In this document: piece by piece, positions 1-14,116 of the stretch
Layout: every line of letters starts with the position of its first letter
Numbering within the stretch: position 1 is the stretch's first letter
Origin: Lingula anatina
Taxonomy: Eukaryota > Animalia > Brachiopoda
Assembly: GCA_051362555.1 (NCBI GenBank)
Contig: CM120648.1
Location: forward strand, 17,108,587-17,172,586
Direction: 5' to 3'
Length of the DNA stretch: 64,000 nt
The notes under the pieces: generated by a model
What the model saw: the letters and a program-made list of their open reading frames with translations, nothing else
The model's database searches: none
Told to the model about the DNA's origin: nothing
Program-made: the position numbers and the translations under genes

Positions 1-2818
1 TAAGTTATACCATTTGAAAGTAAACAACTATAGTTACATTTGGTTGACTAATACATCTTTTAATAAAAATCCTTAAGTGTTCGTCACTCTGTATTAATTC
101 AAGGTAAGAGATATTGAATAAGTTACAAAAGTCGTTGAGGAAGGGTTCTCTCAACCTAGACTACACCAGGCCACAGTAGAATTGACTTTAATATCGCAAC
201 CAATCCAAGTCTTATAAGACAATAAGACGAAGTATGGAAGCTGCGGTATCAGTGTGACCAAACTAAGATCACGTGCCATTTAGTGCTTTGTTGACCACCG
301 GTTTGCGTTCCTATATAAAGCTACAGTGATCGAAGCATTGTTTATAACTGTACCCATCCACGTGTTTCACTGGCCCCTATCTATATCTAGACGGCAACAT
401 GGACTTTGGTCTACGTTTAAAAACAGTTAAAATGCGTCATGACGCTCCTCAATGTTGTAGATGTCTTCCTCCCGTTAACGTTCCGTGTTCGCAGATACAC
501 ATTAATTATCTGTCGTTTGCTTTTGTTTCTTTGATTTTAGAAAATAACAGGAATCCAATGCACATATATATGCAAGTCCCCGAGTTATGACCGGGTTGAC
601 TCTTTTATACATACACATGTATTTGTCAGTCTGACCAATTAGTCGATCGGCTATTTATCTTATGGGTCCGGCTCTTTGTTTTTTAATATATCTGTCACAC
701 ACAGTTCTGTAGACATTCCTAAGTATGGACAAAAAAGAACATGTATTCAGACCTACAGGAAGACAGAGTTAGACAGACAGACAGATAGATATCAAAACTC
801 GCGTACGCCACAAAATGTCCATGTATTTTCCAGAGGAAAACTGGAATCTATTGCCGTCTATCCACGTACTAATCAGTCGTCAACAAGAATTTATACTAAC
901 GTATGGGTGAGCCAACATGCCATCATTTCGGACCCATTCCCATATAGACAACATCGGTCTACAGGTGCGTGAAACGACCCAAAACTGCTGGGATTCTCAC
1001 AGATGGCAATCACTTTAACAGATTAACAAGCTCCTGGCGTTCAATAGAATGCAGCAAAGATGATGATTATAAAAGTACATTGGAACAAAAGGAGGAGGTT
1101 CCCTGCAGAGCTGGGTCGAATTGCGTGGATCACTGGTGTGTCTGTGGGGTCCTAGTCTGGTTGGCATATGACCAACCCATTCTCCGTTAAACTAAAAAAA
1201 AATCCTCCTCTAAGAAACGACAGCGTTCTCTAGTGTTTTAAACCCCGCTTGAACAAGGCAGACAGACGTCGTTTAACACATGTTGTTATGCCCAGTGGAC
1301 AGTTTACACAGTTTTAAACCAAAAAGGTATCACATAAGAACATATTAGTTCCACCGAGAGAAAACACTTTGGCAGAATAATCCATTTTAAAGCATCACTG
1401 GGGATAAAAACGCAGTTAAATGGTACCACTAAGGTTTTTGTATATTATGAAAACTAGGAGGACTCACCAAATGCATCCGTTCATGCCGCAGCCAGTAGCA
1501 GTTGTGACGAAAACGGGGAAAGGTGGCCACTGTCGGTTCCCAATATTCAGCAGGGAAAGCGAAGCACAAATACAGATACTTCTAGCCTCATAACCATACA
1601 TAAAGTATAGATAAATGCCACAAAAGAAATGAAATAATTAAGATTTCAAACATATGTTGATCGGGGCGTTTACTCTAACTCATATTACAAGATATTTTTT
1701 CATAAACTTTTGTTCGGAATAGCATAACTATACACCACTAATTATTGGGGGGGGGGGGGGGGGGGTAGAACTAACTGAACCTTTTTCGTCCACTCTGGGT
1801 AAAATTAGATCTTGGACAGTTTCATTGTAAATGTTCCACTTTTTCAGAAAGCCCCCCCTCTTGAATTTGCAGGCTACGGATCATAAATAAAGGAAATAAA
1901 TATAAAGATAGAAAAAGATGACTTTGCATATGTATGATTAAGCTCTCTGACACAAATGAAACTTATGGAAGTATAAACAGCACTATAAAATATCCTTGAC
2001 AATCTGGATCTGTAGGAAAACGACCACACCTTGATAATTTTAATCGTTTGCACTTTTGACAAGTAATCCATATGTATTGTGGCTGCTTTCAATCGATATC
2101 AAGGCACTCTTTGTGCAATCTAAACCTTGCGTGACTTACTTTAAATATTAAGAAAGAACTATAACCAAATATTTCCAGGCATGCATTTTGCCTTTTTTTG
2201 TGATTGTAATTTCCTATGGAACGTTCTGACTCTACACCTTTTAAAGAACTGTCCTTTGCAGCCGCACACGTAACGACTGATTAAACTGCTGCTTCCCACG
2301 TTTATTCTTGGAAAAATACACAGATATCCTTCCGCTTTCGTGCAAAAACAGTCGATTTCAATATCAGCTTCTCGCATTGTGTAATCCACTTTGATAAATT
2401 AGTCAAACATTTTCAAAAGGAACATTTTACGCAATAATTTCCTGTGTGCACTGCATCGTACAATGTTGACAACAAAGACGATTTTTTCCGCGTGAAAGTA
2501 CGTTTATGTAGGATAATAAGATCTACAAACGGTGATGTGTGTAATGTCTGTGTGTGGGCTGTTCTTTATGACAGGAAATATAAGACAGCTAATGAACAGA
2601 TAATGTTTTACCATACAATAAATACCTGGATGCACCAATTTGACACCTGATATATCGTTTTTGACTGAATGATAAATATCTTTCTATAAATAAATACTTC
2701 TTGAATATTTTAAAGTAAATATGACACCAGTCACTACCCACCTACTTTTAAAAAATTTATTGCAGAAATGTAATATTTATTTACAGCAGAAAATATATAA
2801 TAAATATTAACCCTCTCT

Positions 2819-2879
2819 CACACACTCACATACACACACACACACGCGCGCGCGCGCGCGCGCACACACACACACACAC
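2819..2879. repeat. (CA)n(CG)n(CA)n compound microsatellite
   Basis: Direct observation. Confidence 0.92.
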
Positions 2880-4519
2880 CAATACCTTAACAGTATACAA
2901 TAAACAAAATAGAGAAACAATACTACAAAGTACAGCAATACTAACAAAAAACACAAAGACTTTACAGACATGGACAATGAAAAAAATACAGGGTATAGTC
3001 AGGTTAAAAAACTACCCCACCTACTTGGCGTGGACGCTGGCTGGGAAGGGAAAATAGTGATATCCGTCGACATATGCAAATAACTATACAGAACATAAGC
3101 TGTAAAACAACATGATAACCGCAAATAATTCACTTCGACTTAAAATGAATCTTGCAATTGTTAATTAATAATACTGTAACATTTGGACGATTGGAATGAG
3201 AACAATACTTAATATTTAATATTCTATTTCATAAGCAACGTTGCACTCCAAACTCTGCTGAGCTTTAATCATTCTTTAAACCCAGTATATTTCTTGTTTT
3301 TTTTTTTGCCAAAGGCTTCATTGTGCTTCTTTGCCTGCAGTCTTCATAATCAATAATGTACTGGAGACAGACAGCCTTAACCCATTCCCACCAACCAAGT
3401 AAAATATACTTGCATAATCTTTCAAAACTATAGCTAATTAAAAGACAAATTAAGAGTTGCTTCCTAACTCCATTGTAAACATGAGAGTAAATACATCATG
3501 TACTGTATGTTGCAGAAGCGTTCATTTAGAATATGCACACCATGACTGCGCCTGGTTCTGTCATTTCAAACAGTCCCGGATGCTCTCCGGTGCCACGAAT
3601 GGATTTTTTCACTGAAAATGCTCTACGCCGCACACGAAAAAAACAATACAACAACAAAGAAAAAAAAAAACTGAGATATTACATAACGGAAAGCGGAGGA
3701 AGAATCACGGAGGGACTATTTCAAAGATCAAAGGCAGTATTCTGATACTTAAGTCAAAATGTGTCATGCGTTCCTATGTTTTAAAGGTTGAATGGCGTTC
3801 AACATTAACAGAGGAAGTTGCGGTGGAGGATTAATATCCGCTGGGCGTCTTTGTAATGACCAGTATTCCAGGTTCTTCCTTCCTGACCTCCCTGTGTACT
3901 GTGTAATGTAGCTACTTCACATAAACAGTATCCCCGCCCACACCACCGCTGTGCTGGAGTAGACACATCCGAACCTATACAATGCATGGTGAAATGAATC
4001 CGTCACGGCTATCTTGATATTTTTTTCTTCCACTTAAACTCTTTGCGGCTATATATTTAGTTCCGATATTTGATATGAGAAGTCAATAAATGGTTAGATG
4101 ACAGAGAACCTTCTGTGTGTTTGTGTTTTATTATATTCAGCTATGACTCTGATACGAATGCGTAGGATATGAGTAGTCTAAAATAAAGCATTGTTATGCC
4201 GACAATGAAACGTATGACATCTCAACATCGTGTGGAATCAGCTACCATCGCAGTAAGCTAAGTTTAAAAATAGTTCTTTTCTTCCATTTAGAATGAAATT
4301 TACTACAAATCAAAATGTATCATGAAAGGTTATTACTTTAATAGTTGGTAAACATGATAGAAGGAAATACATATACCAACACTGAAACTGGTAACCTCAC
4401 ATAGATGATCATTATAATTTAAATGACTATAATGAAATCTATCCAGGAAGAAAAAATCCCAGCACACAAACATAAACTATTTACACAAGTGAAGTTGGTG
4501 CGGTGAGCCAGGAAAAGTA

Positions 4520-4758
4520 CACACGCTGGACAAAAGAAGTGTCACCCCCTGAATCAGAGTAATCAAAGTTATTAACCTGAAGAGGCGGAATATAAGCAAT
4601 GTCAAAATATCGATACAGTTGTATTGTTCAGTCAGAACCGTTTCTTTTGTGAAATTTGATGTTTATAAAATGATACCAGGAGCATATCATTCCACAGTTA
4701 TTTATCTCCCCCAAAGAATTGGTTCAGAAGGATAGACACTTCCATTGTCCAGTGTGTG
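4520..4758. mobile_element. Same Tc1/mariner-type MITE family as 13891-14116, opposite orientation
   Basis: ta|cacacgctggacaaaagaagtgtcac...ttgtccagtgtgtg|ta; shares the internal tgataccaggagcatatcattccacagt. Confidence 0.85.
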
Positions 4759-7700
4759 TATATCACAAATGTCTCCAAACCCCTCCTCTAGGAACTTTGC
4801 GTGTTTACCCCCTTCACCGCCCCCCCCCTTTCCCTTCCCCCTTCCTGGCTCTAACTGTCACTGCCGTGTGTGTGGGAGTCCTAATGAACTCGTTTTTCAT
4901 TAAGCATATTGAATGCCTAAAGAGTGAATCGTTGCTGTTTAATTCGTGGTCCAATAGCATGATTTCATAAGTTCAAACTATAACAATCATGGTTGCGTAA
5001 AAGTGCCGTTGTGGCAGGCAGTTTTTGGTAGGGGTACATGTCTAACAATGTCGGCGTGCATGCACTTACATGTTAAACCAAACCACTGATAACGCCAGTG
5101 ATTCTCGGCACAATACGCCATAAGAAAGACTGAAGACAAACACTCATTGACAGAATACCTGCTGGAACATCAAATATAACTATGAGCACTTAGAACTGAA
5201 TGGAAGGTTAACTTAAGACAATAGCAATTATATACATTAAAGGGATAACAACTGTTCGTATGAGATCCATATTTCACAATAAATACAATGTAAATTACTC
5301 ATAGAAATATAATTAATTTTATTTACACATGGCTTCCCTCTGAAAAAAACTCTTAGGAGATGATTACAAAAAAAAAAATTAGAAAAAACTGGGACTAACT
5401 ATGAATGTCCGAAGCATTAACTATTGGTAAGTGTAGGAGATCATGGTGAATCCATTTTTGGACAACATGAACAATGGGTATCTCTTGAAGTTATTATAAG
5501 CCCGAACGGCTGTTTTTTTCCTTATGCATATAACTGGGATACCATAATAAAATTAATTAACAAATGAATGAATGTATGAGTGATAAAATAGCATGAACTG
5601 AGGTATATTCTCGCCAACTCTAGCCAGAAACGCTACCTGAGTGAAGATGAAAACGCAAGTTTTATCTTTAATCAAAATACCAAAAAGTGAGGTTGCGCTT
5701 CCAAAATACAAACGCACAAGAATACCTAGATACCAGGCGTTGTTGAGTTATTTGTGGAAAGAGATTTGTTTACCATGTAAAACTTGAGCCCACGCACACT
5801 ACCAGTAAACGTCAATCAATAGCCGTTTTTACTGGACACTATGGGCATGTTTTGATATGGGGGAAACTATATTCTGGCCGGGGTGAAGACATATAGGCTT
5901 TCATGTATTTCAGTGCCCTTGGAAAGTTATTGCCTCTGCAAATACCTTGCAAGTTTACAGCATATTGTGCATGCAGCATTTTGGGTCTATACATAAACAC
6001 AATACATGCAATGAAACATACTCATTGGAATATACGTTATTGTATTAGCCCTAATGAATATGAGCATTGCTTTTTTCAGAGTTTCATGTAACTGTCATTG
6101 GAACATTTCTGGATCCCAAAGAGCTCAGATCCTTTCCTCAGCTATGCCGTGCTTGGGGTGTTTAAACCTTAAAGATAATTACTGCAGAATATCAGCCATA
6201 TCATAGCAACTAAATCCCTTTCTGATGGCAAACTATTGCCTTCCATCTTCATTCTGCTAAAATGGTCGATGCAATGAAATTATTCCAAGTCTTATATTAT
6301 AGCATAAATGGATATCCCATTGCACGACCTTCGCGTTTTCTCCTATATTACAACGAGTTCATCAAACCTAATATCCCAGTCCAATTAAGTGTGCTCACGC
6401 AATAGCTCTTTCAATTAGTGACCAACCATAGAAAGAAAGATTAATCTCTGCAGTATTCATAACGTTACGTGGACTAAAATGCCAGCCCCTGCGTTCACAA
6501 GCGTGCCGTGTCAGTACTTGGTAAACCTACTCAAGACAAACCCCTGACAAGCTTTTCTGTGATGGAGCTTTAGAACTAATAATATAAAAAGGCAAAAATT
6601 AACTATATTCGTAATATTGCAAGCGAAAATTGAACGGCAAAATCAATGACTGTTGTACAGCATCCAAAACGGCGGTAATCACCTCAATACTTCCTTCAGT
6701 CGAAGACGTGAACCTGTATTTTAACACTGCGTTATTGCTAGATTTTTGCCATTCCGCGAATCTTTCAAATGAGAAAGGTAAATGTTGCTTACTACATTTA
6801 TCTACATCCAAGCATCGAAAGGCATATGTTCACCAAAAGTAACTTACCAGACAGTGAAGACTCCACCTTCTTCTTCACTGCGTAATAGTCAATTACTCGA
6901 CATGATTCTTTGTGCGCTTCTCCATTGCCATCAAGGCACTATTGTCAAGTGATTCAGCCAGGATAGCACACTGAACTTGACCTTGACTCGGGTTCACATG
7001 ACCTCTGACCTCTGACCCTGTCTCTCTCACCTTGGACTAAGTTCTAAAAACATGATGTAATGAAGCCCGCTTGTAACACAGAAATCAGTAATGTCACTTT
7101 AGAGTACAGCTGCGCCGCTGAATGCAAACAGGACCGACGATATGAGATATTTTACCTGGACCACGTTGGATCACCCTGTTGACCTTGTATGACTTGCTGC
7201 TGCAATCAGATGACGTGTTCTGACGCAATACTCCCCATTGGCTCGCTGGCGTTAATGTAATAATAAAACCAGGGAGAATTGGATTAAGGGAAGACTCACG
7301 CTGGCACGCGCGATTGTGAAGTGATTATTCCGTAGGTTCCTTCAAGCCTGGTTAACTTCATTGTGTCCGAAATAAAATAAAGATTGATTATACCAATGTT
7401 TTGATCACAAATGTGTTGAACAGGATTTGGGGGGGGGGGGGGGGAAGCCGCTGTCAATTTTCCACCCATGTGTGTCAGAGTAAGGAATTGGAATCGTTGA
7501 AAGCTGAGGTAACAATTAACAGCTAGAAAACCAGCGCAAACAGACAGATATCCAGAAACACAGACACTAATACAGGGAAAGCTTAAAGACTCTTTCACTG
7601 CTTGCCTTTTAAGTTAAAAGGATATTTGAATGGACTCTGTTATTATATCAAGATGTCTTACTGGCGCTTAAAGTACATGAACTGCCATCATAACCTTGTG

Positions 7701-10169
7701 AGAAACACGTAAAAACATCATGTACAGCCATACATACTGAAGGCAAAACATTGTTTTGGGGGTTACTGCCCGGAAACAAATTTCATTTTTTTTTTGTTGA
7801 TCCTTGAGGTAAAAATGCTCATGTTTACTTCAGCGATTGGCCGGGAACTCAAGGTTAAGGTGTTAATTACGGCGAGCTGACAGCCCAGCCTGGAGCAGCT
7901 TTGAACTTAAGATCACAGTTGTTAAACCGTAGTCGTTTGACAGATAGTTTGGCCCGAGGGTTTTGCCATTCGTCTGTCCAAGTTCCTGTAAGCTACCTGC
8001 TCTCCAAATACACAGTCCCATTACATGTAACCAGATGCGCCTTCAAACGACTCTCAGATTTCTTAATAGACGGAACGACATTATAAAATCTATTTTGGTT
8101 TCGCCAGTTAAATGTCACTTCCAGTGGTCAGGTAGTAACCCGACCTCGACTTGAACAGGAGATGAACGATCATTACCAGATTCTGTTACAGATGCATTTG
8201 GCTGACGAAGGCAGACCAAGGGAATTGCCCTGAAAACCCCTAATTAAGTATGCGGTCGTTGTTTTTGTCATTGCTATGTATTTGATTCAGTCTAATAATT
8301 TGTATGTTGGAGCACTGCTAACTTCTGGAAGCACTTCAAGAGGCAATTTGCCTGACATATGCATAAATAATAGCAAACCTGATTTTCCATTTGCATTTTG
8401 ATGTCACGTTTGATTTCCGTCCAAATTGATAAACGACCAACAAAAAACAACAATCAGTAGACGAGGAACAACAAGGGGAGCATCCTTAGTATTCCAGACG
8501 GGGTTGGCCATTTTTTGGGGTGAACCTGAACAAAAACGCAACAGAATTTATTTGTTCATCATATATTTCTTTGAGGTCCCCAAAGCACCATACTAAAAGT
8601 CCCATATCATCCGTGCATGGGGAACGTGAAATATTCAAAATGGCCGCCAATCACCATAGAAATATACGCTCTAGCGAACATGATCCTACATCATACCATT
8701 ATTTCAGCCATATTATGTACGCGCACTACACATTTGTCTATGAGGTCAACTTTATATAATGAATTACAAACTTGCGCCGTTAATTTGGTACAAATAGCCA
8801 GCAGCATATGACCTTAAAATCGCTTGGGATATCATTTAATCACGGTGATTTTTAGGTAAGAGATTGAATCATGTGGAGAGAAAGTTTACAGAGAAAATTA
8901 CGCTTAGGTATATCACAAGCATTTGCTCATCTAAAGCGAGGTCATGTTTGACAGCAGCGCTTTATTGATTCCAATAGAAATATCTTAATGGAAAATGCTT
9001 TACAAAATTGATATGAATAGAAACTGATCAAAAACACTATCATTAGTGCACCTTGCCCAACTTTGCGCTGACTCAAGCAGTTAATTAAGGCAGAAAGAGA
9101 TAATATGAAGCTGGTAAGTCGAATTTTCAGCCTCACCGCTATCGTTCTGTTCACACGATGTGGCGCCTACTGCTAAAATATCTTCAAATCGTCTGTACTT
9201 TTCACAGCTGTTGTCCCATAAATCAAAATAATTACATAACGATTATGCTGTCCTTGAGCGGAATGTCAAAACAATTTGAAAACACCAAACTATTAAGATA
9301 GAATCTCTCTTTAATAGACGTTTATGTACTCCACAAAGCTGACATCCGATGACATTTCACAATTCAAAGCTATTACTTTTTATGCGATACAACGGGCCAT
9401 TAGCTAATCTGATTCTCGTCATAGTCGCCTCGTTTCAATGACCAAGTGAGGCATATCGGCTGACAAATTGCATCTAGACTTGTTGCCTCCAAAACACCTT
9501 TTCACCTAAAATGGCGCCTGCTCCACTCGGAGGCGCCAGCTTATAGCGTGCTTTACGGTCAATGACACTGTGGGTAATGCAGGAACCAAGAGAACATTAA
9601 AACTATATCCAGTTTGAATATTGAGTAACGGTTCTTTTAGCAACAGTTTTCAAAGGCAACATTCCAGTTTCTTGTCTAGCTATCTAATGGTACCTCGAAC
9701 AAGTTATTTCAAGATGATGGGGATTTTTAAAATAATAAATTATCGCATACCGGTTGTAGTCTGACAGCAAGCTGTGAAGAGTTGCGTTGGTAATTGTTCA
9801 TCAATAGTTAACCCTATTGTTGAGCAGATAGTCGATAGTTTAACAGTGTGTGGTTAATGATTTCCTTGTTCTCCAGCTCCGGGAAGACGCAAAAACATGG
9901 ACGTACGTCTCTTGTGATTTTCACATTTGCAGTTTTTTTTACGAAGATAGAAGGATTTTGTCAGACCCTAAGTGTAAACATATTTTCGAATTTTAGACCA
10001 GTCTTCAGGGCTAAGCTTTCTCCTGTGATATCGACATCCTTGTTGGTCAAAGTGCGACAATCATTGATCACTGTCAAAATATGTCATTGTCAAAATGGAT
10101 AAAATTAATAATTGCGTTTATATATGAGAGTTTTATATTTTATAATTGTTTAAGAAGACCATCGACCTG

Positions 10170-10318
10170 TGTAACAAGACTGGAAGTAGTCCGTTCCCCA
10201 TAAGTTTGTACAGGTGACATTCGTCCCATACACTAACCCCTATACTCCGACTAACCCTAACCTGTACTAATCATATGGGAGCTGGGATTCAATTCCTAGG
10301 ACTACCATTCCTGTCACA
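10170..10318. mobile_element. Short Ginger1-like MITE
   Basis: cctg|tgtaac...gtcaca|ccgg; internal ctaaccctaacc. Confidence 0.65.
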
Positions 10319-10483
10319 CCGGTATGATAGCCGCCTATGATAGCCGTCTATCGCTCACACCCCTGCAGTAAAACAATGGACTATAAAAACTAAAATTCAA
10401 TTTCTGTGAACTGCAAACAGTTATCTGTCATTGTGTCACAGATAATTCAAGTAGTCAACTAGCTACATGTACCCACGTGGCAC

Positions 10484-10755
10484 CATAACACCAACATCAC
10501 GATAACCACCACCACCAACAATAACTTAACAATAACAACAATAACAGCAACATAACACCCACATCACGATAACCACCACCAACAACAACTACTTAACAAT
10601 AACAACAATAACATCAACATAACACCAACACCACGGTAACCACCACCAGCAACAATATCTTAACAATAACAACAATAACATCAACATAACACCAACACCA
10701 CGGTAACTATTACCAACAACAATATCTTAACAATAACAACAATAACTCCAACAAG
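10484..10755. repeat. CA-rich minisatellite, ~63-69-bp unit x4
   Basis: cataacaccaacaccacggtaaccacc...cttaacaataacaacaataac repeated. Confidence 0.88.
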
Positions 10756-11390
10756 AAGAGATATAAGAATATGTATATGAATACAAATGAAATCAAATAT
10801 TTGTTCCTCCAACTACTGCGTAAGCGTACATTTCACCTGATATTCCTGATAGAAATATTATTTCGAAACATCATTTGTTATCAATACCCTTGAAATTTTT
10901 ATAATCATTTCATTCTAGAAAATTCCGTATTCGTGTCGGCAAAGACAACATCAATCAGAAAACCACAGTAAACGCCAGATGATCAAACTCAGCAAAGGTA
11001 AAAACATGTCACCGATTAATGAACAGTGTATCAACTAAATGGCGTAAATGGCGGATTACGACAATCATTTGAACTGGTTTAGTCTATTTCCTTAGAAAAC
11101 AGGCTCTCTTGGGTTCCCTGGCAATGATTTTACCCCAATGCCTCGCCGCTGGAGGGCGCACTTCCTGCTCAACAGTAACAGGGAGTCTCGGGCGGTGATG
11201 TTTTACCGTCGCTTTATTAGTTCAGGAAAACTGAAGGCTGTTACATATGTTCTTAGTGCACAGTGATTTTAATAATGATATAAAACTATCCTTAACAAAT
11301 GATTTTGATTTGTCACTTCTATCTCAGGGAAAAACGTGACCGATGCTCTTATCTGAATGACCGGTTACAGCAGTATTCTCTGATGTAATA

Positions 11391-11503
11391 GACTGGGTTC
11401 CCACATCTAACTAACAGGATCGATCCATCTCCAAGGGGTTTCTCGCTAAATTGCTTTCAGCTTAAGTGGCTTATTTGTCTGGCACGCCTACTGAAGCCGC
11501 TAA
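11391..11503 (+). mobile_element. Half copy of family P MITE
   Basis: Matches the left arm of family P only. Confidence 0.7.
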
Positions 11504-12738
11504 GTGTTCGACACCAATAAAATGTCAAAAACAATTCAATAAGCGAACCTTGGACTGACACAATTATTTTTTGTGTAGCAAATGACACTTTTAAATTTAT
11601 GATTAATATCAATAGACTACACAGATGAATTATATATGAAATGATGTATGAAATGTTTAAATTTGAAATTTTTATGCATAATAAAACATGACTCTAACAT
11701 TCTTCACGAGAATAAATACCGCAAGTTTTTCTATCAGAGGTACCGAGTGATTCAATCTATTATAAGCTTCCATGTTTTTGTTTTATATTTTGCTATTATG
11801 ACTAGCAACCCAAACTTGCCGCCATTCTTTATTACATGAAAGGCATACCAAAATGACGAATTACGCAGAGGCCAATGCGACGGGTTTTACTCGACGCAAA
11901 TAATACCCTCGAAACTAATGATGATTTCGTTTTTAGCGCACGGTCGCGATTTGCGAGGCTTTCGAGATATGGGATAGCAAAGAATCGCCATGCTTGCGCC
12001 CGCTCGCAACGAGCGATGCTCTCGAGATACAGGCCCAGCTTGTTTCCACTATACGCGTGCGTAAATCTGACCTCAGATAACCAATATCGACGGGTGAAAG
12101 TGCCCTAGAGCTGAGACAGACAAAATATCCTGTAGCCCGTCATCACATCACCGGGGTCAGCCGTACTTTTACAGTGCATTTCCAGGACAGTAATTCCACT
12201 TCGCATGCAATTAATTTTCAAATGTGTAAAATCTCAGATTCAGTGGCAAATCGTTGCAGTTCTATTCATTTATCTATAAATTGTGTTTTGTCGTTAGCGC
12301 TAATTGAGCTTGCACTTGCCAAAGTCCGCGGTAATTAGATAAATGGACGAAAAGGAAACATAGCACATACGTCAGTGTGAGGAGTCGTCACGTGCAGTAT
12401 CGATGGAAGGAATTGTTATTGATTATCTATGAAATTCAGAAGTAAGTAAATCAACTGAAGCGACTCAGAGGAATTAGAGCGGAGGAAATTGTCCGTGTTA
12501 TAATTGAAATCAGTTCGTCATAAAACACCCCGTCTATTCCCGTTGAGCGTTTTTTAAGCAAATTGGCATTGATTTTTCATTTTATTGTGATCGATTCAAT
12601 CCAAAGCTATTCTGTAGGCTGTCACCTCCCTCTAGCCTATTTTATCGCCTAAAACGACGTGTTTCGTGAAACCTCATGACCCATGTACGTGCAAAAGTAA
12701 CACGTCAAAAACGTGGAGCCACCGGGTCTGGAGATAAA

Positions 12739-12965
12739 GACTCCGTTCACATGAAAAATCTTTTTTTCTAAAAATCTATTTTCTATTCGCGGTATCTTGT
12801 GATCACTCCGAGCACAGCCGAGAATTAATTACAGCTTTGGAAGTAACTGGCTCGCGCTGCCAGTAATTACGCCGCGGGATATTCAGGGCACAGACCGTGA
12901 TCACAAGATACCGCGAATAGAAAATGGATTTTTTTAGAAAATAGACTTTCCATGTGAACGGTCCC
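12739..12965. mobile_element. Hairpin MITE with ~65-bp TIRs, abutting the family P copy
   Basis: ccgttcacatg...ctattcgcggtatcttgtgatca / tgatcacaagataccgcgaatag...catgtgaacgg. Confidence 0.82.
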
Positions 12966-12968
12966 TTA

Positions 12969-13189
12969 GTCTGGGTTCCCATACCTACATCGATCTAACA
13001 GGTTCGATCCGTCTCCAGGGGGGGTTTCTAGCTCAATTGCTTTCAGTTTAAACGGGTTAAATGTCTGTAGTCTACTGGTACGCTAGCTTCAGTAGTCGTA
13101 CCAGACATCTAAGCTGCTTATGCAGATTGCAATTACCCTCGAAGATAGATCGGTCCATAGTCAATACGATAGGGTCTGGGAAAGGTCCC
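12969..13189 (+). mobile_element. Palindromic MITE family P (PIF/Harbinger-like, TWA flanks)
   Basis: ctgggttcccatacc...gggaaaggtccc with an internal long inverted repeat; multiple copies in the window. Confidence 0.8.
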
Positions 13190-13890
13190 ACGGATATTGT
13201 ACCAGCATACTTGAATAACATGACGCTGATGTTACTTATATGGAGCTTAAAGGCTTCTAGTCGATGCATCATCATTGTGTGATGAGGAAATGCCAGTGTT
13301 AAATAATGACGTTCTGGATCAAAAAATAAATTACTTCCTGGTATATTAAGCTTACTACTGAACAACGCACGCTTCAAAAAACAGATCACAGCGCCGCCCC
13401 ACGGCTGTTTCCAATATACATGGGCCCGCCTTACTTACTAACCTATTATTATTAGTTCAGGAGGGGCCTGACCACCACTCTTCGATTTCTGAAAACCCAA
13501 TGGCCCCTCTTGAAATCAGAATTGTGCCTAGATTAATCATATTTCTAAACTGTACCAAATGGCACCGCCCCCCCTCTAAAATACTAAAATTTTCCAGGCC
13601 CTTCAGCAGGCCCCAAACCCCAGACCAAGGGAGGGGGGGGAGAGGAGGGCTTCACATCGGCGGACCCCCCATCAAATTATTCTGGATCTGCCCCTGTATA
13701 AGTTTAACATACATGTAGGTGTTCAATATGATGACAAGCACGTATAAATGGGACACTGGGCGAGCCACTGGAGACTATTCCTATCTGTATGATCTGGTGA
13801 CCAGTTCATCCAGGTCATTTACAGAGTGAAAGGTCTCATGTGGAGAAATCAACGTCGGTCAGTTATATTCTTCATAATAATAAACAACTA

Positions 13891-14116
13891 CACACACTGG
13901 ACAATAGAAGTGTCACCCCTACTGAACCAATACTTTGAAGGAGATGAATGACTGTGGAATGATATGCTCCTGGTATCATTTTATAAACATCAAATTTGAC
14001 AAAAAGACCAACAATAAAACTCCATGGTACAGCGGTTTTATACACATTAGTCACATTATAAGTAGACCAGGCATTATAACTTTGATTACTGTGATACTTC
14101 TATTGTCCAGTGTGTG
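13891..14116. mobile_element. Tc1/mariner-type MITE inserted in duplication unit A only
   Basis: TIR cacacactggacaatagaagtgtcac / gtgatacttctattgtccagtgtgtg with TA TSD; empty site at ~22111 in unit B. Confidence 0.88.

Noticed and set aside
3805-3987. 60-aa Cys-containing ORF (possible defensin-like peptide)
   Set aside because: No signal peptide or recognisable Cys spacing; no linked exons identified.
8198-8245. Hammerhead-like CTGACGA-AGGCAG...TTGCCC-TGAAA
   Set aside because: Stem II junction is imperfect, and no stem III, NUH site or stem I partner was found.
10484-10755. Possible mucin-like Thr-rich coding repeat
   Set aside because: The Thr-rich frame contains recurrent TAA stops.
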